From positions 15,670 through 79,669 of the forward strand of contig JAUYHB010000027.1 of the NCBI GenBank assembly GCA_030690305.1: 64,000 bases of DNA, given 5' to 3'. Below are positions 40,692 to 50,172 of this stretch, piece after piece. The notes beneath the pieces were generated by a model. The model had not been told where the DNA came from and did no database searches. It was given only the letters and a program-made list of their open reading frames with translations. Every line of letters begins with the position of its first letter. Position 1 is the first letter of the stretch. Position numbers and translations under genes: made by a program. This DNA is from a bacterium. GTDB taxonomy: Bacteria > Patescibacteriota > Minisyncoccia > Phycocordibacterales > JAGLPS01.

Positions 40692-41285
40692 ATGTCACAC
40701 AATGTATCGTGGGAAAAATATATTAAGAAAACCGAGTCAAACCCACCCCGAGTTTTACTTACTGAAGCAGTAGAACATGTGCGGAATAAAGATGAGGCTC
40801 TTGATTTGGGAGCTGGAGCAATGAACGATTCAAAATACCTTTTATCAGTTGGTTTTAAACATGTAACGGCAATTGACAGTGATATCGCTGCCCAAGAAAA
40901 GGCAAAAGACATCTTAGGAGATAAGTTTTCTTTTTTCTTAAGTAGCTTTGAAAATTTTTCTTTTCCTCATGAGACGTATGACTTGATAAATGCTCAGTAC
41001 GCTTTACCGTATAATTCTCCAAAAACATTTAACAGTTTAATAAAGAACATTACTCTCTCACTTAAACCTAAAGGTGTGTTTGCAGGTCAACTATTTGGTA
41101 ATAAAGATTCTTGGAATACTGAAAACAGTGGTAAAACCTTTCATACAAAAGAAGAGGCTGAAAAGTTATTTTTAGATTTTAAGATAATCAAATTTATAGA
41201 GGAAGAAAATGATAAACCGAGTGTTCTTGGAAAACCAAAACATCAACACCTGTTTAATTTTATAGTTTCAAAACCAGAAAAATAA
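40692..41285 (+). CDS. class I SAM-dependent methyltransferase (TehB-like)
   Basis: ALDLGAGAMND; SLKPKGVFAG. Confidence 0.85.
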   Translation: MSHNVSWEKYIKKTESNPPRVLLTEAVEHVRNKDEALDLGAGAMNDSKYLLSVGFKHVTAIDSDIAAQEKAKDILGDKFSFFLSSFENFSFPHETYDLINAQYALPYNSPKTFNSLIKNITLSLKPKGVFAGQLFGNKDSWNTENSGKTFHTKEEAEKLFLDFKIIKFIEEENDKPSVLGKPKHQHLFNFIVSKPEK

Positions 41286-41314
41286 AAAGAGCAGAGAAAA
41301 AATCTCTGCTCTTT
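41285..41314. terminator. bidirectional terminator
   Basis: aaagagcagaga-aaaaa-tctctgctcttt between convergent genes. Confidence 0.8.
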
Positions 41315-41331
41315 AGTAAATGGGAGGGGGA

Positions 41332-41553
41332 TTAATTTAACCAGGAAAGCCATAACGGAGATGTTGACGCTTTCAATTTCTTTTCATTCCAGCGGGGAAT
41401 GTGTCTTTGCCCGACCCACGACATATCGTGGAAAAACTGGGCACGGGCTCTTTCTGTTGTGGCCACTTCTTTGGGAGAAGCGACCTTGGTGCAGGCCCTG
41501 TGTGGCCTTTCAGCCTGGGCAATGTCTTCCATAATTCTGGTCCTTAAACTCAT
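41332..41553 (-). CDS. small orphan protein (73 aa, MSLRTRIMED...)
   Basis: AAAGGAGG 5 nt before ATG; TTGACT-17-TATAAT upstream. Confidence 0.65.
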   Translation of the reverse strand: MSLRTRIMEDIAQAERPHRACTKVASPKEVATTERARAQFFHDMSWVGQRHIPRWNEKKLKASTSPLWLSWLN

Positions 41554-41687
41554 ATATCCTCCTTTTTGAAGGTGCAAAAACTTTTCTAACCTAATTCTAA
41601 TTATACTATTATTTTTATGTAAAGTCAAGGCACTTATTATCTTTTTGCTTTCAAAAAAGGCCTTATTTTGGTATTATTTCTCCATAT

Positions 41688-42671
41688 ATGACTTCAGGCA
41701 AGAAAATTTTGATTTCAGGTCTTAAGCCTACAGGAAGGCCCCATATCGGAAACTATTTCGGCGCGATGAAGCAATTTGTCGACCTCCAGAGTGACTACAA
41801 TTCGCTCATATTCATCGCCGACCTTCATGCCCTTACTTCGGTTGCAAACAAGCAAGAACTCGCGCAGAGCACCTTGGATGTCGCCATAGACTATCTGGCC
41901 ATCGGCCTTGACCCAAAGAAGGCTCTCATTTTCAAACAATCAGATACTCCGCAAGTGGCCGAACTTGCATGGGTTTTTAATTGTCTTACCACCATGCCGT
42001 ATCTTATGCGTGCGCACGCATTCAAGGATGCGGAAGCAAAAAACAAAGATATCAATGTCGGAATTTTCCAATATCCATTGCTTATGGCGGCTGACATTCT
42101 CTTGAATAATGCCGATGTCGTGCCCGTAGGCATGGACCAGGAACAGCATTTGGAAATCGCTCGCGACACCGCCCGCGCTTTTAATCGTGCGTATGGAGAA
42201 ACATTCAAAGAACCTAAAGCGCTTATTCTGGAAGACGTGAAAACCGTCCCCGGAACAGACGGGCAGAAAATGAGCAAGAGCTACGACAACACCATTCCAC
42301 TTTTTGCGATAAAAGAAGAAATTGAAAAAGCCGTAATGAGCATTCCGACGGATTCTAAAGGCATTGATGAACCAAAAAACCCGGAGCAGGACAAAATATT
42401 CGCTTTGCACAAACTATTTGCGTCGGGAATGCCTCTTGATGAAATCAGAGCGCGGTACGAAAAGGGAGGTATCGGCTACAAGGAATCAAAAGAAATACTT
42501 ATCAGAAACATCGAATCTTTCGCGGCTCCGTTGCGCGAAAAACGAGAAAAAATTGCCCAAGACAAGGAGTACGTAGTCGACCTGCTTTCGGAAAATGGGA
42601 AACGGGCTTTTGAACGGGTGGAAGAAAAGATGAAGGAAGTAAGGGAAAAGGTTGGTTTGACACTTTCATAA
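41688..42671 (+). CDS. trpS: tryptophan--tRNA ligase
   Basis: PTGRPHIGNY, YPLLMAADIL, VPVG.DQ, KMSKS. Confidence 0.97.
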   Translation: MTSGKKILISGLKPTGRPHIGNYFGAMKQFVDLQSDYNSLIFIADLHALTSVANKQELAQSTLDVAIDYLAIGLDPKKALIFKQSDTPQVAELAWVFNCLTTMPYLMRAHAFKDAEAKNKDINVGIFQYPLLMAADILLNNADVVPVGMDQEQHLEIARDTARAFNRAYGETFKEPKALILEDVKTVPGTDGQKMSKSYDNTIPLFAIKEEIEKAVMSIPTDSKGIDEPKNPEQDKIFALHKLFASGMPLDEIRARYEKGGIGYKESKEILIRNIESFAAPLREKREKIAQDKEYVVDLLSENGKRAFERVEEKMKEVREKVGLTLS

Positions 42672-42672
42672 C

Positions 42673-44013
42673 ATGGAACGTACATACATCAACAATCTTA
42701 AAAATGAAATTGGCAAGGAAGTTTTGATTTCCGGATGGGTGGACATTCGCCGCGACCACGGAAAACTTATTTTTCTTGACCTGCGGGACGCGAGCGGAAA
42801 GGTGCAATGTGTTACCTCGGCAAAAGATGCGGCATACGCGACTGCAAACGAGCTTCGTTCGGAGTGGGTGATTTCCATAAAGGGGAAAGTAAATGCCCGT
42901 CCGGAAAAGATGGTAAAAACCGACGAAGAAAATGGTTCTGTGGAAATTTATATCGAAGAAATCTCCGTGTTGGGAAAAGCCAAAGAATTGCCTTTTGAAT
43001 TGAGAACGGAACTTAATATCGATACATATCTTGACCATCTTCCGCTCACACTGCGGACTCCCAAAGGCAAGGCTATTTTTAAGGTGCAGGCAACAATCAT
43101 CAACGCATTTCGAAAATTTTTGATAAACGAAAATTTTGTTGAGATTCAAGCACCGAAACTCATCGGCGAAGACGCCGAAGGGGGCGCCAACTCTTTCAAT
43201 GTCGAGTATTTCAAACATACCGCGCATTTAGCTCAAAGCCCTCAGTTCTACAAGCAGATTATGGTTGGCATATTTGAAAAAGTATTTGCAACAGGAAACG
43301 TGTACCGTGCCGAAAAACATTCGACAACACGCCATCTCAACGAATACACAAGCCTTGACCTCGAAATGGGCTTCATCAAAGACCATACGGACATAATGAA
43401 GCTTCAGAATAGATTGCTCGCTTTTATAATGGAAGAACTGAAAACTTCTTGTGAAAAAGAGTTCAAGTTGCTTGGTGCGGAAATTCCGTCCGTACCCGAA
43501 ACAATACCGTCTCTTAAACTTAAAGAAGCTCAGGAGGTACTCAAAAAAGAATATGGAATTGATTGTGGCACTGCTCCCGACCTTGACCCAGACCATGAAC
43601 GCAAACTGTGTGAGTACTCAAAACAAAAATACGATTCGGATTTCATATTTGTTACCCATTTTCCGATGAGTAAGCGCCCGATGTATACGTATGAAGACGA
43701 AAGCGACCCGGGATACGCCAAGGGTTTTGACCTTCTTTTTCGGGGCGTTGAAATAACCACAGGAGGACAACGTATTCACGACCACGACGTTCTTGTAGAA
43801 GCTATGAAAAAGAAAGGTCTTGACCCGGAAAAGTTTTCTTTCTACCTGCAAGCCTTTAAATACGGAATGCCACCGCACGGGGGACTGGGCTTAGGCCTTG
43901 AGCGTATTACGGCGAAACTTCTCGGACTTGAAAACGTCAAAGAAGCGACTCTTTTTCCGCGGGACCTCAACCGCATCGACATTCTTCTCTCCAAAGACGA
44001 TGGAGGAAAATAA
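42673..44013 (+). CDS. aspS: aspartate--tRNA(Asp/Asn) ligase, short non-discriminating type
   Basis: OB fold; LAQSPQFYKQ; RAEKHSTTRHLNEY; GMPPHGG.GLGLER; no GAD insert. Confidence 0.93.
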   Translation: MERTYINNLKNEIGKEVLISGWVDIRRDHGKLIFLDLRDASGKVQCVTSAKDAAYATANELRSEWVISIKGKVNARPEKMVKTDEENGSVEIYIEEISVLGKAKELPFELRTELNIDTYLDHLPLTLRTPKGKAIFKVQATIINAFRKFLINENFVEIQAPKLIGEDAEGGANSFNVEYFKHTAHLAQSPQFYKQIMVGIFEKVFATGNVYRAEKHSTTRHLNEYTSLDLEMGFIKDHTDIMKLQNRLLAFIMEELKTSCEKEFKLLGAEIPSVPETIPSLKLKEAQEVLKKEYGIDCGTAPDLDPDHERKLCEYSKQKYDSDFIFVTHFPMSKRPMYTYEDESDPGYAKGFDLLFRGVEITTGGQRIHDHDVLVEAMKKKGLDPEKFSFYLQAFKYGMPPHGGLGLGLERITAKLLGLENVKEATLFPRDLNRIDILLSKDDGGK

Positions 44014-44749
44014 CTCATTCAAAATAAAGACGGAGGTTTTCGAAGGGCCCTTAGACCTTCTGCTTTCTCTTATTGAAAAACGGAAACTGCTCATCAACGA
44101 TATTTCGCTTGCTCAAGTTACGGACAATTTTATTTCCTATATAAAAAGTTTTTCGGATTTTCCGATAAAGCAGAGCGCGGATTTTATTCTCGTCGCTTCA
44201 ACTCTGGTGCTTATCAAGTCAAAGTCATTGTTGCCGACACTTGAACTTTCCGATGAGGAACAGGGAAGTATTGAAGACTTGGAGCGCCGTCTCAAACAAT
44301 ATAAGCGAATCAAGGAACTAAGCCATCATGTCAAAACACGGTTCGGGGATAAAGTCCTTTTTATGAGAAACCCGAACAAAAACGTGGAGCCTGTTTTTTC
44401 CCCGACAAAAGAAATTACCGTTTCGGCCATGCTTTCATCTATCCGCGATGTTTTAAAAAACTTGCCAAAGGTGGAGCAGCTCGCGAAAGCTGTTGTTGAA
44501 AAAGTAATCAGCCTTGAAGATATGATAGGCCGGCTCATGGAACGTGTTACTTCCAATTTAAAAATGACCTTCAAAGAATTTTCCAAGCACGGAGATATGA
44601 AAACAAAAGAACAAAAAGTGCATGTTGTAGTCAGTTTTCTTGCCCTGCTCGAACTTGTCAAACAAGGGGCGATTAAGGCGGTTCAGGAAAATCTTTTTGA
44701 GGATATTCATCTGGAATCAAATAAAATTAAAACGCCGAATTATACGTAA
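44000..44749 (+). CDS. scpA: segregation and condensation protein A
   Basis: FEGPLDLLL; FLALLELVK. Confidence 0.95.
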   Translation: MEENNSFKIKTEVFEGPLDLLLSLIEKRKLLINDISLAQVTDNFISYIKSFSDFPIKQSADFILVASTLVLIKSKSLLPTLELSDEEQGSIEDLERRLKQYKRIKELSHHVKTRFGDKVLFMRNPNKNVEPVFSPTKEITVSAMLSSIRDVLKNLPKVEQLAKAVVEKVISLEDMIGRLMERVTSNLKMTFKEFSKHGDMKTKEQKVHVVVSFLALLELVKQGAIKAVQENLFEDIHLESNKIKTPNYT

Positions 44750-44759
44750 TCAAAAAAAT

Positions 44760-45086
44760 ATGAATACGCACATTATTATCATCACCACGTGTCCGAATTT
44801 GGAAGAATCAAGAAAGTTGGCTCAAGGTCTCGTACAGCAGAAACTTGCCGCCTGTGTTCAGCTCGGCCAGATTGAAAGCGTGTACCGTTTTGAGGGTAAA
44901 GTCGAGGATGAAAAAGAATATCGTTTGTATATCAAGACCAAGCGCGACCTTTTCGACCAAGTGAAAGAATATATTCTTTTACACCACTCATACAAATTGC
45001 CTCAAATCGTCGCCATATCCATCGTTGAGGGTTTTGACAAATACTTGCAGTGGATTGATGCAAACACCGCGGAAAGTATACAATAG
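44760..45086 (+). CDS. cutA: divalent-cation tolerance protein CutA
   Basis: LAACV, SVYRFEG, HSYKLPQI. Confidence 0.92.
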   Translation: MNTHIIIITTCPNLEESRKLAQGLVQQKLAACVQLGQIESVYRFEGKVEDEKEYRLYIKTKRDLFDQVKEYILLHHSYKLPQIVAISIVEGFDKYLQWIDANTAESIQ

Positions 45087-45091
45087 GCCCT

Positions 45092-45655
45092 ATGTCTCTC
45101 GCGCAACGCATTGAAGCGATATTGTTTTTTAAAGGTGAGCCGGTTTCAACGAAACGACTCTCGGAAATGCTTTCCGTTTCGGAGGAAGAAGTTTTGGCCG
45201 CGCTGACCGAGTTGGAATCCTCTCTTTCCAATCGCGGCATTACGCTCATGCGCAAAGAAAAAGAGGTTATGCTTGCGACAGCCAAAGACGCAAGCGAACT
45301 TATTGCGAAAGTCGCCAAAGAAGAATTGTCCCGCGAGCTTGGAAGGGCGGGGCTTGAAACTCTTACCATTGTCCTATATCGTTCTCCTATAAGCCGTCGT
45401 GAAATCGACTATATACGAGGCGTCAACTCGGCCTTTATAGTAAGAAATCTTATGGTTCGCGGGCTTGTTGAACGCATACAAAACGAAAAGGACGAGCGGG
45501 TATTTTTATACAAACCTACATTCGAACTTCTTTCGTATCTGGGCATTTCCCGCGTGGAAGATTTGCCGGAATATGAAACGGTGCGGCAGGAAATTGAAAG
45601 TTCGCAGAAAGCCGCCGAGGAACAGGAAAAAGAGGAACAACCAAGCTTATTATGA
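45092..45655 (+). CDS. scpB: segregation and condensation protein B
   Basis: IEAILF, LETLTIVLY, IDYIRGVNS. Confidence 0.95.
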   Translation: MSLAQRIEAILFFKGEPVSTKRLSEMLSVSEEEVLAALTELESSLSNRGITLMRKEKEVMLATAKDASELIAKVAKEELSRELGRAGLETLTIVLYRSPISRREIDYIRGVNSAFIVRNLMVRGLVERIQNEKDERVFLYKPTFELLSYLGISRVEDLPEYETVRQEIESSQKAAEEQEKEEQPSLL

Positions 45656-46617
45656 ACAGACCGAAATTCCCACAACTTGAGACACTTGAAACGCACGAAC
45701 TGGTGGCGTGTTTTCTCATTACGTTTGCGACCATGCTTTCCTTTTATACTATTTTCCCCCGTGCCACTCACTTTGTTTTTGCCGACGATGTTTCAACTTT
45801 AACGGCAGAAAAAATCAATCCGTATCAAACAATTACTCTTTCTGCAAAAGCGGCGTATGTGTACGACTTGGCGGAAAACCGACCGCTGTATTCTTCAAAC
45901 GCCGATGAACCGTTGGCACTTGCGTCACTGACCAAAGTAATGACCGCGCTTACCGCCATAGAACTTATTCCCGCGTATACCGTTGTGACAATCGGGAATG
46001 ACGATTTGGCCGAAGAGGGGGACAGTGGGTTGTTCGGAGACGAACGGTGGAAACTCAAAGACCTCCTTGATTACAGTCTTGTCGTTTCTTCAAACGATGG
46101 CGCCCGGGCGGTTGCTTCCGTCGCGGGAAGTGTTGATTTAGGGACTGAAAAAAGCCAATTGGGACGCGAAGGATTCATTGCGCGGATGAACGAAAAAGCG
46201 AAAGAAATCGGTCTTTTGGAAACTCATTTTTCAAACGAGAACGGTCTTGACGTCGCGGAAGCATCGGGAGGAGCCTACGGCTCGGCGCGCGACATGGCAA
46301 AACTTTTTGGTTATATCATCGAAAACCATCCTGAACTTCTCGAAGCGACGCGTTATGACACCCTCACATTTACTTCGTTAAGCAACCTTGTCCATGAAGC
46401 AAAAAATACCAACACAAAAATAGGAGAAATTCCCGGCCTTGTCGCTTCCAAAACCGGCTTTACCGATTTGTCCGGAGGAAATCTTGTTATTATTTTCAAT
46501 TCGGAGGTCAACCGCCCCATTGCTGTTGTCGTTTTGGGTTCCACATATGAGGGCCGTTTTGATGACGTGCTGTCCTTGGTCAAAGCGACTTTCCAGACAA
46601 TCGCTCAAACTGACTGA
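45652..46617 (+). CDS. D-alanyl-D-alanine carboxypeptidase (peptidase S11)
   Basis: ASLTK (SxxK), SSND (SxN), KTG. Confidence 0.92.
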   Translation: MNRPKFPQLETLETHELVACFLITFATMLSFYTIFPRATHFVFADDVSTLTAEKINPYQTITLSAKAAYVYDLAENRPLYSSNADEPLALASLTKVMTALTAIELIPAYTVVTIGNDDLAEEGDSGLFGDERWKLKDLLDYSLVVSSNDGARAVASVAGSVDLGTEKSQLGREGFIARMNEKAKEIGLLETHFSNENGLDVAEASGGAYGSARDMAKLFGYIIENHPELLEATRYDTLTFTSLSNLVHEAKNTNTKIGEIPGLVASKTGFTDLSGGNLVIIFNSEVNRPIAVVVLGSTYEGRFDDVLSLVKATFQTIAQTD

Positions 46618-46679
46618 AGGAGAGAGGGCTTTAAAAACAGTCATTCCCAAATGGCCATCTCCCCGCTATAATCTAGTCA

Positions 46680-47756
46680 ATGGAAGTTTTAGACATAGTT
46701 AAAGTGCTTTTTCCCACAGTCGTATCTTTCGGCGTGGGAATTTTGATTACCCCGGCGGTAACTCATTTCCTTTACAAGCACAAAATGTGGAAGAAAAAGT
46801 CCGGAAAAGTGGACATGGACGGGACCGAAACGCCAATTTTCAACGCACTGCACAAAGACAGGGAGGTAAATACCCCTCGAATGGGTGGTCTTGTCATTTG
46901 GGTATCTTCCCTTATCACCATCCTCGGTTTTTGGCTCTTCGCCAAAGTTTTTCCTTTCGATTTTTTCTCAAAACTTGATTTCTTGAGCCGCGACCAAACA
47001 TGGATTCCTTTGTTTACACTTATCGCGGGAGGTATTGTCGGAATGATTGACGATGTTTTGGAAATCCGGGGCAATGGAGGCCGTTTTTCCGGAGGACTTT
47101 CTTTAAAAAAACGTCTCGGAGTCGTAACGGTCATCGGTATTCTCGCGGCATCGTGGTTCTTTTTTAAACTTGATGTTATAGGCCTTGGGCTCCCTAATGG
47201 CGGGATAATAGAACTCGGCTGGCTTTTCATCCCTGTTTTTGTTGCCATAATGCTTTTCATATATGCCGGCGGAATCATAGACGGCATTGACGGCCTTGCA
47301 GGAGGAGTGTTTGCAACGACATTTCTTGCGTATTCAAGTGTCGCTTTTCATCAGGACCAAATCAACCTTGCCGCTTTCTGCGCTATGCTTGCCGGTTCCA
47401 TCCTCGCATTCTTGTGGTTCAATATTCCTCCCGCGCGATTTTATATGTCCGAAACGGGAACGATGGGGCTCACACTCACGCTTGCCGTTGTCGCTTTTCT
47501 GACCGACTCCTTGGGCGAAGGCTACGGGGTACTTGTGCTTCCCGTTATCGCACTGCCATTAGTACTGACAACGCTTTCGGTTATTATTCAGGTTCTCTCA
47601 AAACGTTTCCGTAAAGGGAAGAAAGTGTTTTTGTCCGCTCCCGTGCACCACCATTTCGAAGCTATCGGCTGGCCGCCGTATAAAGTGACGATGCGGTATT
47701 GGATTATCAGCATCATCTTTGCGCTCCTTGGAATGGTGTTGGCATTTATCGGTTAG
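46680..47756 (+). CDS. mraY: phospho-MurNAc-pentapeptide transferase
   Basis: TPRMGG, DGIDGLA, APVHHHFE. Confidence 0.93.
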   Translation: MEVLDIVKVLFPTVVSFGVGILITPAVTHFLYKHKMWKKKSGKVDMDGTETPIFNALHKDREVNTPRMGGLVIWVSSLITILGFWLFAKVFPFDFFSKLDFLSRDQTWIPLFTLIAGGIVGMIDDVLEIRGNGGRFSGGLSLKKRLGVVTVIGILAASWFFFKLDVIGLGLPNGGIIELGWLFIPVFVAIMLFIYAGGIIDGIDGLAGGVFATTFLAYSSVAFHQDQINLAAFCAMLAGSILAFLWFNIPPARFYMSETGTMGLTLTLAVVAFLTDSLGEGYGVLVLPVIALPLVLTTLSVIIQVLSKRFRKGKKVFLSAPVHHHFEAIGWPPYKVTMRYWIISIIFALLGMVLAFIG

Positions 47757-47937
47757 AAATCGTTCAACTATATTTTTTGCAAAGTGCTCACCCGCTTCCA
47801 GCGGCGGGTTTGCTAAACTCGGAAAATTTTCGGCTAAGAGCCGAACCAAGCAAATTTTCCTGCGAACATTGCAAAAAATATAGTTTCGCTCTAACGGCCA
47901 GAGGGAGGGGGAAGGGGAAAATGCTATTATTGCTACA

Positions 47938-49038
47938 ATGCCACGGGCTAGAACCGACAATTTATTTTTTATCTCCGTTGCCGTGCTTGTGGCGGCAGGC
48001 CTTTTGGTATTCTTGTCCGCTTCCATGGGATTGTGGAACCGTGAGGGGATTGACCCGGTAAGCATCACTGTCAAACAAATTCTCATCGGTCTTGTCGGAG
48101 GAATTATCGCGTGTAATTTTACCTCCCGTCTAGATTACAAATTATGGAGAAAATGGTCACCTCTGCTTTTTTTGGGAAGCATCATTCTCACACTTCTGGT
48201 TTTTGTCCCCGGCATCGGATTGGATTCCGGCGGAGCGCGTCGCTGGATAGACCTGAAAATTATTTCTTTTCAGCCTTCCGAATTTCTTAAAATTTCTTTC
48301 ATTATTTATTTTGCCGCTTTGCTTTCAAAATTTCGGGGAACAACACGTTCATGGACCGAAAGCCTCTTGCCGTTTGCGATACTTTCGGGCCTTGCCGGAG
48401 CGGTGCTCGTGCTTCAGCCGGACATAGACACATTTGCCGTTATCTGTTTTTCGGGAATAGCGATGCTTATTGTTGCGGGCGCGAAATGGCGGCACATTGG
48501 TCTTATCATTCTTATCGGCCTTATAGGCATCGGAGCATTATTTTATATTAAGCCCTACATTAAAGACCGAATTCTTACTTTTCTTGACCCGGCGCGCGAC
48601 CCCCACCGTTCCGGATACCAAATTCAACAATCTCTCATCGCCATAGGCTCGGGAGGCCTTTCCGGAAGGGGATTCGGGCAAAGCATTCAGAAATTCGGCT
48701 CGCTTCCGGAACCTATCGGCGACTCGATTTTTTCCGTAGCCGCTGAAGAATTCGGCTTTATTGGCACAACCGCTCTTGTATTTCTATATATGTTTTTCTT
48801 TCTGCGGGGCCTTAAAATAGCCTCACACGCGGCCGATTCGTTCGGTAGACTGATAACCGTAGGAATTGTTATACTGATAGTATCCCAGTCATTTCTTAAT
48901 ATTTCCGCCATGCTGGGACTGTTTCCTTTGTCCGGTATCCCGCTTTTATTCATAAGCCACGGAGGAACGGCATTATTTGTCACTCTTGCCGAAATAGGTA
49001 TCATTTTTAACGTATCTAAGTACGGCTCGCGAGTGTAA
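47938..49038 (+). CDS. ftsW: SEDS peptidoglycan polymerase FtsW
   Basis: ARRWI, FQPSE, YQIQQSLIAIGSGG, DSIFSV.AEE; between mraY and murG. Confidence 0.92.
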   Translation: MPRARTDNLFFISVAVLVAAGLLVFLSASMGLWNREGIDPVSITVKQILIGLVGGIIACNFTSRLDYKLWRKWSPLLFLGSIILTLLVFVPGIGLDSGGARRWIDLKIISFQPSEFLKISFIIYFAALLSKFRGTTRSWTESLLPFAILSGLAGAVLVLQPDIDTFAVICFSGIAMLIVAGAKWRHIGLIILIGLIGIGALFYIKPYIKDRILTFLDPARDPHRSGYQIQQSLIAIGSGGLSGRGFGQSIQKFGSLPEPIGDSIFSVAAEEFGFIGTTALVFLYMFFFLRGLKIASHAADSFGRLITVGIVILIVSQSFLNISAMLGLFPLSGIPLLFISHGGTALFVTLAEIGIIFNVSKYGSRV

Positions 49039-49042
49039 GCAC

Positions 49043-50170
49043 ATGAAAATACTCTTTACAGGAGGCGTCACAGGCGGTCATTTCTATCCGATCATTGCCG
49101 TCGCCCAGGAAATAAACAAACAAGTAAAAGAAAACAAACTCTTCGGGGTGGAACTTTACTACATATCAACCTCTCCGTACAACGAAGGAATCTTGTATGA
49201 AAACGGAATCATATACAGGAAAAATCCGGCAGGGAAAATACGCGGATATTTCTCGTTGCTTAATGTTTTTGACGTGTTTAAAACCGCATGGGGAGTAATC
49301 CGGGCGCTTTTCGTCGTGTTTGATATTTTTCCCGATGTTATTTTCGGCAAAGGGGGGTACGCGAGTTTTCCCGCCTTACTTGCCGGCCGTATCCTAAAGA
49401 TTCCCGTCGTTATACACGAATCCGATACTGCGCCCGGAAAGGTAAATGCGTGGGCGGGAAAATTCGCCCGTCGCATTGCGCTTTCATATCCGGAAACCAT
49501 CTCATATTTTCCCAAAGAGAAAGTGGCCATAACCGGCAATCCCGTTCGAAAAGAAATGCTTGAACCCGCAACGGAAGACGCCGAAGAATATTTTAATCTC
49601 GAAAAAAATGTTCCCGTCATTCTCGTGCTCGGAGGTTCCCAGGGCGCGCAAATTGTGAATAATGCCATCATCGACTCTTTGCCCCAACTGGTAGAGCGCT
49701 ACCAGGTCATCCACCAGACCGGGAAGAAAAATCTCGAGGAAGTGAAAACCACCGCCGATGTTTTGCTTTTGCAAAATCAAAATAAATACAGACACAAGCC
49801 GTATGATTATTTGGATACCAAAGAATTGCGCATGGCCTCTCAAATGGCCGATCTTGTCATTTCCCGCGCCGGTTCGACGATTTTTGAAATCGCCGCGTGG
49901 GGCAAGCCTGCGGTTCTCATTCCCATCACCAACTCAAACGACGACCATCAGCGCAAAAACGCTTTTGCCTACGCGAGAGCCGGAGCGGCATTCGTTATTG
50001 AAGAAAAAAACTTGAGCGCCAATATTCTTTTGTCGGAAATAGAACGCATACTCGCAAATCCGGAAGAAAAAACAAAAATGGAAAAAGCGGCCAAAGATTT
50101 TTTCAAACCGGACGCGGCGGAAAAAATCGCGCGAGAAATTCTTTCAATAGGAGTTGAACATGAAGGCTAA
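49043..50170 (+). CDS. murG: MurG glycosyltransferase
   Basis: GGVTGGH, GGYAS, TGNPVR, GGSQGA, HQRKNA. Confidence 0.96.
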   Translation: MKILFTGGVTGGHFYPIIAVAQEINKQVKENKLFGVELYYISTSPYNEGILYENGIIYRKNPAGKIRGYFSLLNVFDVFKTAWGVIRALFVVFDIFPDVIFGKGGYASFPALLAGRILKIPVVIHESDTAPGKVNAWAGKFARRIALSYPETISYFPKEKVAITGNPVRKEMLEPATEDAEEYFNLEKNVPVILVLGGSQGAQIVNNAIIDSLPQLVERYQVIHQTGKKNLEEVKTTADVLLLQNQNKYRHKPYDYLDTKELRMASQMADLVISRAGSTIFEIAAWGKPAVLIPITNSNDDHQRKNAFAYARAGAAFVIEEKNLSANILLSEIERILANPEEKTKMEKAAKDFFKPDAAEKIAREILSIGVEHEG

Positions 50171-50172
50171 TT

